A stretch of 64,000 bases of DNA from Christensenellales bacterium (GTDB lineage Bacteria > Bacillota > Clostridia > Christensenellales > UMGS416): the NCBI GenBank assembly GCA_050948665.1, contig JBMNEH010000001.1:1979813-2043812 (forward strand). Direction: 5' to 3'. The notes beneath the pieces were generated by a model, which had not been told where the DNA came from, made no database searches, and saw nothing but the letters and a program-made list of their open reading frames with translations. The translations under genes were made by a program, and so were the position numbers. Of this stretch, positions 17,861 to 26,064 are shown piece by piece (the first letter of the stretch is position 1; each line of letters opens with the position of its first letter).

Positions 17861-18369
17861 CTGCATTTTAAACAAAGAGTTCTGTATTTTAATTAGTTCC
17901 TCGCAAAAATCAGCTGTTTTCCTTTTTTGAATAAAAACACCAGCATACCGACCGCATATGATAAAGCTTTGCTACGAAAAATCATAGGCAAATGTCAAAA
18001 AACATCAATAGCGAAATAACACAAACTTCGGGTATAGCTTAAGTTTTTCTGTCAGAATCCTTTCAGACAAATGACAAAAAATCCAAAATATCTCACAACA
18101 TGTAATCCGCGACATGGATTTCTTTAGTGGCTATATATTGGTTGGTGGAGGAGACCAACAAAACAATTTTAATCACCTATTCTATCTGCTTTTTGTGGAT
18201 TTAGAAGAATTAGAATCAAACGCAACTAAATATAATTCGCTTAATTGGATTTAGAAAGCTCATTGAGCACTACCTATATTATCAGCGACACACAAAGACC
18301 TGCTCAAAAACCTGCATGCGCTTTTCTTTTTTTGATTCGAAAGATTTACACATCCGCCTGCGCAGGAGT

Positions 18370-19509
18370 TTATTCAGTAAACCGCCCAACCCGCAGCATC
18401 CGATCCGGCAGCCTGGGTATGCGGCCCGTGGTCAGGCGGATAGCCTGCGCTAGGCAGACGGGGATACAGTCGCCGCACTTGGTGCACCAGTGATCAAAGA
18501 TTATATGAATATACCCGACAGCGCCGTCGATGGCGCCGGTAGGGCAAACGCTTCGGCATCCGGCACATCCCGTGCAGGCAAAAGGATCCACATATACCTT
18601 TCGAAAAGCAATGCAGCTGTCCGCCACGCACCTGTGTTTCCTGATATGCTCCTCATACTCTTCTTTATAGACTTTCATAGCGGAAAGGGCAATTCGGGCG
18701 GCGTTTTGTCCCATGGAGCAAGCGGTTGAGAAAGCCATAGCTTCGCCGATTTCCCCGGACAGACGCAGCCCGTCCCAACTTCCCTTATCCGACGTCACGT
18801 CCTTTTGCACAGCCTCCAGCTGCAGCAGACCCTCCCGGCAGAATACACACTTACCGCAGCTATATTTTCGGGAGGTAAGCAGTTTTTTTTGCACCAGGTC
18901 AATCATGCAGTCGGCATCCGTAATCGCGCGGAGTACGCCGTTTTCTATATTAGCCTGCGCCACTGTTATTTGCAGAGCCTCAGCAGTTCTGACCTCGTAC
19001 CCGGTCTGCACCCCCTTTACATGCTCGCCGAGCAGATCGCCAATCCTGGTGTCCGGGTTGATTTTTCGAATATCGTTACCATTGACACTGACATACACTC
19101 CGGGAACATAGCTGCCGGAGGTAATGTCTGAAAGCTCAACCATGGTAACAATATGGGTCAGACAGCAGTCCTTATCGGCGCGGACGTCCACAATACCGCA
19201 AACCAGTTCGATATTATCGGCTTCCGCCTCCGTTTTAAGCGAACGGAATAAATCGTCCGCATACGCAGGAATATGCAGCACCTTGCACTCCGTACCGATG
19301 ATTTGGGCTACCGATTTCATACCGGCAAAGACTTTCCCGGCATCTCTTCGAAGAAGCGTCAAGGCGGCCCCCTCTGTGTCTGCATTGTTCAGGGCGACGA
19401 CCAAAGCACGCGCCCCATGACAGGCAGCGAGCTTTTGCGCCATCTCTTCGGGATAGAGGCCGTATTCCCGCAGCCCGCTGACTTTGATCTGTTCCAAAAG
19501 GTCTGTCAT
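18370..19509 (-). CDS. NuoF/HydB-like Fe-S subunit with a degenerate FMN/NADH site, plus a C-terminal 2x[4Fe-4S] ferredoxin domain
   Basis: The start is set at the ATG at 19509 (MTDLLEQIK), which forms an ATGA overlap with the upstream stop. YSCGKCVFCREG and ACSMGQNA match the NuoF [4Fe-4S] motif. Where NuoF has GLRGRGGAGFP this protein has GLREYGLYP. The C-terminus carries two CxxCxxCxxxCP motifs. Confidence 0.65.
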   Translation of the reverse strand: MTDLLEQIKVSGLREYGLYPEEMAQKLAACHGARALVVALNNADTEGAALTLLRRDAGKVFAGMKSVAQIIGTECKVLHIPAYADDLFRSLKTEAEADNIELVCGIVDVRADKDCCLTHIVTMVELSDITSGSYVPGVYVSVNGNDIRKINPDTRIGDLLGEHVKGVQTGYEVRTAEALQITVAQANIENGVLRAITDADCMIDLVQKKLLTSRKYSCGKCVFCREGLLQLEAVQKDVTSDKGSWDGLRLSGEIGEAMAFSTACSMGQNAARIALSAMKVYKEEYEEHIRKHRCVADSCIAFRKVYVDPFACTGCAGCRSVCPTGAIDGAVGYIHIIFDHWCTKCGDCIPVCLAQAIRLTTGRIPRLPDRMLRVGRFTE

Positions 19510-21635
19510 TTCCCGCTCCCTTCTTCTTTTTCCGCATAGTCCGCCCACAAATGAGGCTTTGCTATTTGCAGCCGCAGATCGCATTGCAAGCATCGGCTGG
19601 CCTCGCAGCCGATGTCGCCATCGCGAATGCCATGATCGTACAAGCAGAAGTTATCCCTTCGGCTTTCGGCGGGGTCGATTCGGCTTTCCTTGCGGCGAAG
19701 GTCACCAAAGCCCTGGATCACGCCGATACGGGGATCGGCCGGCTCCGTCGGGGCCAGCACCTCCGTAATATCGCCATCGCCGCCCAAATAGCGATCGATC
19801 TGGGAGGCCGCCTCTCTTCCAGACTGAATCGCCTGAACAACAGACTTAGTGCCGTAGATACAATCGCCGGCGGCAAAAACACCGGGAATATTGGTGGATT
19901 TGTCCGTTTCCGCGTTGGCAACGAAAATGGAATTGCCCCTGCCCAGCGTTAAACCGGCGGCGGCGGTGATATCCGGGCGTTGCCCGGTGGAAAAAATCAC
20001 CGTGTCGCAAGCGATATGGTGAAAGCTTCCCTCCTCTTTCTCGATGACGGCACGGCCCTCTTCGTCAAAACAGAATCGCCTGACGTTCATAAAGTCCACA
20101 CCCGTGACATGCGCCTCCCCTGTGATCCGTTCAAAGCTCCGTGCGGGATAGACGCGGACGCCTTCTTCCTCAGCCGCCCTGATCTCATCCTGCGAAGCGG
20201 TCATTTGATCCCTGGCCTCCAGGCAAGCCAGGCAAACCTCCTCCGCGCCCAATCGTATAGCCGTCCTGGCACAGTCGAAAGCAACATCGCCACCGCCCAG
20301 CACCACGACCCGATTCCCAATGCCGGCGGGCAACCCCATGGCAACCTCCCGCAGAAATTTAATATTGGGCATGACCTCAGGCAGACCACTGCCCTCCATG
20401 GACAGAATCACGCCATCTGCGCAGCCAATCGCCATCAATACAGCGTCATATTCTTTCAGCAACTCCGCAGGCCTTTCAACCCTGCAGTCGCACTCGAATT
20501 CTATACCCTGATCTGCAATGACCTGCGCCTCCCCGGCGACGACCTCTCCGGGCAGCCGGTAGACGGGAATACCGTAACGCATCATACCCCCCACTGCAGG
20601 CAGCGCTTCCTTCAACGTGACCTGATGCCCCTGCTTACGCAGGTAGTAGGCCGCCGTCAATCCTGCGGGGCCGCCTCCCACAACGCAAATCTTCTTTTCG
20701 GTATCGGGGAGCTGCTTGCCATTGCCCATCCAAGCCCTGCCCGTATCGCGCTCGGCGGCATAGCGTTTGATACCCCGGATGGATATGGGTTCGTTCAGCG
20801 CGCCGCGCCTGCATTCCTCCTCGCAAGCACGGGTGCATACCATCCCCAGCACCCTCGGAAACGGGGCCTTTTCCCGAACCACCGCAACAGCGGCATCGTA
20901 ATTGCCTTCCTTCACGAAGCGGACATATCTTGGAACATCGGTATGCGCCGGGCAGGCGAACCGGCAGGGAACCACCTTGTCCTCCTTTTTTCGGTTTTCA
21001 TGACCTTCCTGCCACTTGTCCTGAATAGTACCGGTGGGACAGACCTCCGCGCAGGCGGTACAGAAGCGGCAGTTGGCATCCAGCAGGAGCCTTCCGTGCA
21101 GGGCATCCACAAAGGTTTCCAGATTCTTCCGCTGATACTGCAGCACCTTTACGCCCCGTACCTCATTGCAGATCCGGACGCAGCGGCCGCAAAGCACACA
21201 TCGATTCATGTCCTGCAGCAGCATGGGATTCTCTTCGATCGGCTTAAACCTCCTTGCCCGCATCTTCATCCGCCCGGTCTTGGGGCCGATGTACTGGATC
21301 AGCGTCTGGAGCTCGCAGTTGCCGTATTTGGAGCAGGTAGAACAATCTTCCGGATGCCCCGCGAGCAGCAGTTCCATCGCTAGCATCCGCAGGCGCCTGA
21401 TTTCCTCGCTGTCCGTACGGATCTTCAGTCCCTCGCGGGCTTTCATCATACAGGAAGGAAAGACGCCTTTCTTTCCCTCCTCCTCCACGATACACAGCCG
21501 GCAAGCGCCAAGGGGGCTCAAGTCACTGTGATGGCAGAGGTGCGGAATATAAATACCGTTTTCCAGCGCACAGTTCAAAACGTTTGCCCCTTCTTCCGCA
21601 TTGAGATTGATACCGTTGATTGTAATACGCACCAT
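19506..21635 (-). CDS. Fusion of a NuoG/HydA-N-type [2Fe-2S]/[4Fe-4S] domain with a GltD-like NAD(P)H-dependent FAD oxidoreductase
   Basis: N-terminus: ITINGINL...ACRLCIVE (2Fe-2S), HPEDCSTCSKYGNCELQ and CVLCGRCVRIC clusters. C-terminal part: ICVVGGGPAGLTAAYYL...VGGMMRYGIPVYRLP...VVVLGGGDVAFDCART...GVFAAGD, typical of the glutamate synthase small-subunit family. Confidence 0.75.
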   Translation of the reverse strand: MVRITINGINLNAEEGANVLNCALENGIYIPHLCHHSDLSPLGACRLCIVEEEGKKGVFPSCMMKAREGLKIRTDSEEIRRLRMLAMELLLAGHPEDCSTCSKYGNCELQTLIQYIGPKTGRMKMRARRFKPIEENPMLLQDMNRCVLCGRCVRICNEVRGVKVLQYQRKNLETFVDALHGRLLLDANCRFCTACAEVCPTGTIQDKWQEGHENRKKEDKVVPCRFACPAHTDVPRYVRFVKEGNYDAAVAVVREKAPFPRVLGMVCTRACEEECRRGALNEPISIRGIKRYAAERDTGRAWMGNGKQLPDTEKKICVVGGGPAGLTAAYYLRKQGHQVTLKEALPAVGGMMRYGIPVYRLPGEVVAGEAQVIADQGIEFECDCRVERPAELLKEYDAVLMAIGCADGVILSMEGSGLPEVMPNIKFLREVAMGLPAGIGNRVVVLGGGDVAFDCARTAIRLGAEEVCLACLEARDQMTASQDEIRAAEEEGVRVYPARSFERITGEAHVTGVDFMNVRRFCFDEEGRAVIEKEEGSFHHIACDTVIFSTGQRPDITAAAGLTLGRGNSIFVANAETDKSTNIPGVFAAGDCIYGTKSVVQAIQSGREAASQIDRYLGGDGDITEVLAPTEPADPRIGVIQGFGDLRRKESRIDPAESRRDNFCLYDHGIRDGDIGCEASRCLQCDLRLQIAKPHLWADYAEKEEGSGK

Positions 21636-21659
21636 GGGCCTTGCCTCCTTTCTTCCCGC

Positions 21660-23108
21660 TCAGACCAAATCAATGTAGGCGGCAGCTTCCTTGCCCGCGA
21701 TACGGCCGGTGTTCAGGGCAAAGCCCATGGAGTTACCCGGTAACAAGAACATATAGCTGTCGTCATAGATGTTGCATGCGTCCGCGCCCACGGCATATAG
21801 ACCGGGTATCGGGTCAAATTCACGGTCACAGCACTCACAATTCTCGTTGATGCGGATGCCGCCAACGGTACCGTAGCCGGAAGGGCGCAGGGTTGCAGCA
21901 AAATAGGGCGCCTGAATAAGGGGGCGCAAATACCGGCGGTCCTTAAAAAATTCTTCATCGCAGGAATCACAGTAGATATTATATGCCTCTACAGTCTTTC
22001 TTAAATTCCGCGCGTGGATTCCGGCCTTTTCTGCCAGATCCTCCATCGTATCCGCCGCAAAGAAGGTGTCAAATCCCTGTACCCTCGCCTGTTCCAGCCC
22101 GTCATAGAAGTCCGATACATCCGGGTTGGTACGGACAAGGCTGGTCACGTCAACGCCGTTGCGGATATAGCCGTGAACAATGGAGGAATCCACAACGGAA
22201 AAGCATGTCCGCCTTTTCTGATGGGATACGACATTGCCCAGGAATGTTGTGTTCTGCATGTGTTCCTCGTTCATGACCCGCTTTCCGTTCAGATTGACCA
22301 GCAGATTAGGTTGCGTGAACACGTTTGCAACGGAACCCGTAATGGAGCCGCCGTTTTCTACCTCAGCAATCAGCTCCACCCTAACAGGGGTCTTTTCCGC
22401 ACCTGCGTCCCAGGCCATCCGCAGTCCGTCTCCCATCAAGCCGGGGATGGCAAAGGAAAACAGGTCTTCGCCGTGAAGAAATCCCGTCTCCTCTCGGATG
22501 AGTACCTTATTTGCGCCGGCGCCGCCAGTCGCCAGTATAACCGCCTTGCAGTCGATGCGTACTTCCCCGCCCGACTTATCGGCGGCAACGAGACCGCACA
22601 CCCTGCCGTCCTTCTTCAGAATCTTCCCCCCGGGGGTCTCCAATAAAAACTGAACGCCCAGTTCCAGAGCCCGCGCATATAAAGCCTTCACCATGAATGA
22701 CGCGGCGCGGGGACCAATACTTTGGTTCGTCTTAACGATATGCCAGGTAGGTTCAGATTTGGGGAAGTAGCGGAAGGCGCCCTCAAATTCCACGCCCATC
22801 TCCTCCAGCCATTCAATGGTATCGGCCGACTGGGCGAAATATCGCTTGACCAGACGGGCGTCCGCATTATAGTGGGTATACTCCATGAACATATTGAAGG
22901 CTTTTTCTACCGTGATATCCTGCATCTGCCGGCGATGGTACTTCGTGCCGATGCCGAGAGGACCCATGCCCATGTTGGCGGCGCCGCCCACCGTGGCGGC
23001 TTTCTCGCAAACAATGACCCTGGCTCCGCACTCCGCCGCCTGAACCGCTGCGGAGAGACCGGAGGGGCCGCCCGCGATGACCGCTACATCGGTTTCATAT
23101 TTTTTCAT
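21660..23108 (-). CDS. FAD-binding flavoprotein reductase/dehydrogenase of the fumarate reductase / KstD (FAD_binding_2) type
   Basis: DVAVIAGGPSGLSAAVQAAECGARVIVCEKAATVGG dinucleotide fold, VILATGGAG, and the C-terminal GLYAVGADA...NSMGFALNTGRIAGKEAA. No signal peptide. Confidence 0.75.
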   Translation of the reverse strand: MKKYETDVAVIAGGPSGLSAAVQAAECGARVIVCEKAATVGGAANMGMGPLGIGTKYHRRQMQDITVEKAFNMFMEYTHYNADARLVKRYFAQSADTIEWLEEMGVEFEGAFRYFPKSEPTWHIVKTNQSIGPRAASFMVKALYARALELGVQFLLETPGGKILKKDGRVCGLVAADKSGGEVRIDCKAVILATGGAGANKVLIREETGFLHGEDLFSFAIPGLMGDGLRMAWDAGAEKTPVRVELIAEVENGGSITGSVANVFTQPNLLVNLNGKRVMNEEHMQNTTFLGNVVSHQKRRTCFSVVDSSIVHGYIRNGVDVTSLVRTNPDVSDFYDGLEQARVQGFDTFFAADTMEDLAEKAGIHARNLRKTVEAYNIYCDSCDEEFFKDRRYLRPLIQAPYFAATLRPSGYGTVGGIRINENCECCDREFDPIPGLYAVGADACNIYDDSYMFLLPGNSMGFALNTGRIAGKEAAAYIDLV

Positions 23109-23368
23109 AACGACCTCCTGATCATAGGTCTCTTAAAAGGATTCGGATTGCGCACATACATCAGACGATCACAGCACAACCGGGGGTTCGACAGTTGTCT
23201 GCACGCCGCCTCCCGGCACGGTCACTTTCGGATCAGAGGCACGGGCCGGCGCTGTTAGGGCTTTGTCCGGCGGACGAGACATTTCCTCACTGCTCTCAGT
23301 ATCCCGTACAGTGCCGAACCCCTTTTTTCATCATTTCTTCTTTTTCGTTTCCGTTTTTCGCTTCGTAT

Positions 23369-24421
23369 TCATGTTTCGGGATGCACTGCCTTGCTGGTGC
23401 GGGCAGACTCTCTCACCGCCTCCATGATTCGTAGCACCCTGCGCACCTGGGCGGTCTTGACTGCCGGTTCCTCCTCGCCGTTCATTGCCCGAATGAATTG
23501 ATCGAAGTAATCGCGGTGGCTGACATTGACCTCAGGCAGTGGCTCTTCGATCAGCAGACCGGGGGGAGGGGGACCAAAGCTGCGGGTGGGACCGGCGGCG
23601 GTCATGGTGATCCTGCCGGGTACGTTTTGCAGCAGATGCGCGGTTCGGACGATTTTGCCTTCCCCGTCCCATCCGTCGATGATGGCGCTTCCTTCATTGC
23701 CACCGATGAACCATCCCCGTTTGGGAGTCAGATAATAGGTGCCCAGTTCGATCACACCGGTAACGCCGTTCCCGAATTTGAGCAAAATGTTGAAATAATC
23801 ATCCACCCATTCGTTGATGACATTGCGCAAATCCGCATATAAGCTCACCACCGGCGTGTCCACCATCTCCAGCATCTGGTCGATCAGGTGTACACCCCAG
23901 TCATAGAGCATGCCTCCGCCCATTTCCGGGTAAATATGCCAGTCGTGCATATTCCCGTTAAAACCGTAAAGCTGGCTCTTGATCACATAAGGTTGCCCCA
24001 CCATGCCCCGGTCGTAGACCTCCTTCATAATCCGGAAATCACGGTCCCAGCGGCGCTGATGATGTACCGTGAAAACCACGCCCGCCCTTTGGGCAGCCTC
24101 TGCCATACGGTCGAACTGCGTAACCGTCATGGCAGCCGGCTTTTCACAGATAATATGCTTGCCTGCTGCCGCTGCTTTTTCCACCATCTCCAGATGGCTG
24201 GGATTTGGAGTGGAGATGATAACCGTGTTGATGTCGGCGCGGGACAGCATCTCGTCCATACCGGCGTAGGTTTCAACCCCGGCAGGCACGTCCTTCAGCT
24301 GTTCGGGATTGATATCCGCCACAGCTGTAAGACGGATCTGCTCCTCGGGGAAGGTCGCCAGCATATCCGCGACACAGTGGCCCATAAAACCAAAACCGAC
24401 GACGCCGAATTTAATTTGCAT
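23369..24421 (-). CDS. Gfo/Idh/MocA family oxidoreductase (DgpA-like candidate glycoside 3-oxidoreductase)
   Basis: IKFGVVGFGFMGH Rossmann N-terminus and the EKPAAMTV motif. It lies 3 nt downstream of the TIM-barrel gene. Confidence 0.7.
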   Translation of the reverse strand: MQIKFGVVGFGFMGHCVADMLATFPEEQIRLTAVADINPEQLKDVPAGVETYAGMDEMLSRADINTVIISTPNPSHLEMVEKAAAAGKHIICEKPAAMTVTQFDRMAEAAQRAGVVFTVHHQRRWDRDFRIMKEVYDRGMVGQPYVIKSQLYGFNGNMHDWHIYPEMGGGMLYDWGVHLIDQMLEMVDTPVVSLYADLRNVINEWVDDYFNILLKFGNGVTGVIELGTYYLTPKRGWFIGGNEGSAIIDGWDGEGKIVRTAHLLQNVPGRITMTAAGPTRSFGPPPPGLLIEEPLPEVNVSHRDYFDQFIRAMNGEEEPAVKTAQVRRVLRIMEAVRESARTSKAVHPET

Positions 24422-24424
24422 AGT

Positions 24425-25483
24425 TCAACCTCCGATTGCTCTTTTCAACGCTTCCTGATGACGGCGAACCTGTTCGATGGAATCCACGGGACGATCTACT
24501 CTGAGATGCTCGCCGCCTTCATACTCGGTAGACAGATAGCCCTTATACCCGGCTTTTTTGAGCGCGTCCACCACCTCGGGAATGGCAGTAGCGGTTTCCA
24601 CATAGTCCTCATTGGTATTGTAGCACTTGGCATGGATATGGAAGATGCAGTCGATATTGTCGATAAGATCCTGCGGTTCGGACCAGGAAAACACGAAACT
24701 TTCGCCCGCATAATCTAAATCAACCTGACCCCCGCCGGCGCGCTTGACGGCCTCCATCATTTCGCCCATCCCGTTCGCCATGCGGTATTCCATATTCGCC
24801 CTGCCCAAATTCAGATCATACCTGATCTTTGTAAAGCTCTTTGCCACACGGTCGGCGTAGAAATCATCCACGATTTGGATACATGCCAGCTTTGCACCTC
24901 GGCGCAGGTACTTTTCCCGAACAACGTCCGGGATATTTTTGCAGAAAATACCCATATCGGGAATAAAGCCAAAGAATTTTGTACCAGTGCGGGTGATCAT
25001 TTCCATATAGCCGTCCGCCCAAGAGGAGTTCAAAGAGAAAGGGGCGTGCACCTCCAGGCCGATTTTTACGCCCATCTGCTCCGCGTATTCCAAAGAACCC
25101 TCGATCACGGGCATTGGGGTGGACACCAGGGTACGCAGGTTGGAAAAACCCAGCATGGACGCCAATCGAATATCCCGCTTCATCATGTTGACCTGTTCTT
25201 TCAAGGTCAGCGTGCGGTTATCATAGAGCTTGAACTCCAAAAACGCGTCATAGCAGGAAGGGTCGAGCTTATATTGTTTGAGCCAACCAAACCACTTTTC
25301 CCGGAACGCCTCTTCCTCGATGGGGAGCGGAAATCTGCGGATCATCTGCTCCGGGAGCAGTTCCACACCTGTGGCACTGGTTCTGGCAACCTCCCGCAGG
25401 CAATCTTCCAAATCTAACTGCTTATTATAGAATTCGTCCTGATAGCTGTACAGGGAAACGCTTCTTTTGATATCGTAATGCAT
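24425..25483 (-). CDS. Xylose-isomerase-like TIM-barrel protein (sugar phosphate isomerase/epimerase family), a candidate C-glycoside deglycosidase alpha subunit (DgpC-like)
   Basis: 352-aa AP-endonuclease-2/XI-like barrel (GVELLPEQ, GLEVHAP, HIHAKCY, STEYEG metal-ligand-type motifs), paired with a DUF6379-like small subunit directly upstream. Confidence 0.6.
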   Translation of the reverse strand: MHYDIKRSVSLYSYQDEFYNKQLDLEDCLREVARTSATGVELLPEQMIRRFPLPIEEEAFREKWFGWLKQYKLDPSCYDAFLEFKLYDNRTLTLKEQVNMMKRDIRLASMLGFSNLRTLVSTPMPVIEGSLEYAEQMGVKIGLEVHAPFSLNSSWADGYMEMITRTGTKFFGFIPDMGIFCKNIPDVVREKYLRRGAKLACIQIVDDFYADRVAKSFTKIRYDLNLGRANMEYRMANGMGEMMEAVKRAGGGQVDLDYAGESFVFSWSEPQDLIDNIDCIFHIHAKCYNTNEDYVETATAIPEVVDALKKAGYKGYLSTEYEGGEHLRVDRPVDSIEQVRRHQEALKRAIGG

Positions 25484-25494
25484 GGTATTTCTCC

Positions 25495-25887
25495 TTAGAT
25501 TTCAAAGTCCGCGGAGCAGTCCGCTTCCACCGTAAAGGGCATATAGGAGGGTGCGATAGACTGATGACAATCAATATGATGTTTGCCGGGTGTCAGGCCG
25601 CCTTTTTTCATGACCGTTACGGTAGCGAATTCACCAAATTCCCAGCGATACTCCGGGTCAATCACCGTGCGACATTCGTCCAGTGTGAACATCTCCTCAT
25701 TGACTGTCAGACGCACATCCTCCCGGTCTGCCGTCTTTCCGTCCACAACTACTTTAATGTCTCTCAGGATGGACAAAGTGAAAGAGCGGTAATACTGAGC
25801 TTTGATCTCAAAGCTGTAACCGATGATCTCACCGTCGCGCAACACATTCATAAATGCGTTTGGGTTAAAATACTTTCTTCCGATCAT
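25495..25887 (-). CDS. DUF6379-like small protein, a candidate C-glycoside deglycosidase beta subunit (DgpB-like)
   Basis: 130 aa. The pattern F..N....G.I.GY......YYRS..LS.......VDG....ED......E.FTL.E.......RWEFGE.ATV.V.K.GGL..G.H......SY.PF matches my recollection of CGD beta subunits. RBS GGGAGGAACGTC-ATG. Confidence 0.55.
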   Translation of the reverse strand: MIGRKYFNPNAFMNVLRDGEIIGYSFEIKAQYYRSFTLSILRDIKVVVDGKTADREDVRLTVNEEMFTLDECRTVIDPEYRWEFGEFATVTVMKKGGLTPGKHHIDCHQSIAPSYMPFTVEADCSADFEI

Positions 25888-26064
25888 GACGTTCCTCCCA
25901 AAGCGATAAAATTACAACGTAAACATAATACGTTCTGTTTTGTCTATCCTCATTCCGATTCTTGTTGCAATGTCACACAAATTTGACCCATACCAAAGTC
26001 GCTTCCGTAAAAAGGACAAAAATCACATGCGTTTCTTGTCGTCCCGTCCCTATGCTTTGCGATA

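Noticed and set aside
17480-17875. 131-aa minus-strand ORF overlapping tRNA-Arg, and the 136-aa ORF 10542..10952 overlapping tRNA-Val.
   Set aside because: They run antisense through tRNA genes, their promoters and terminators. They have no RBS or recognisable motifs.
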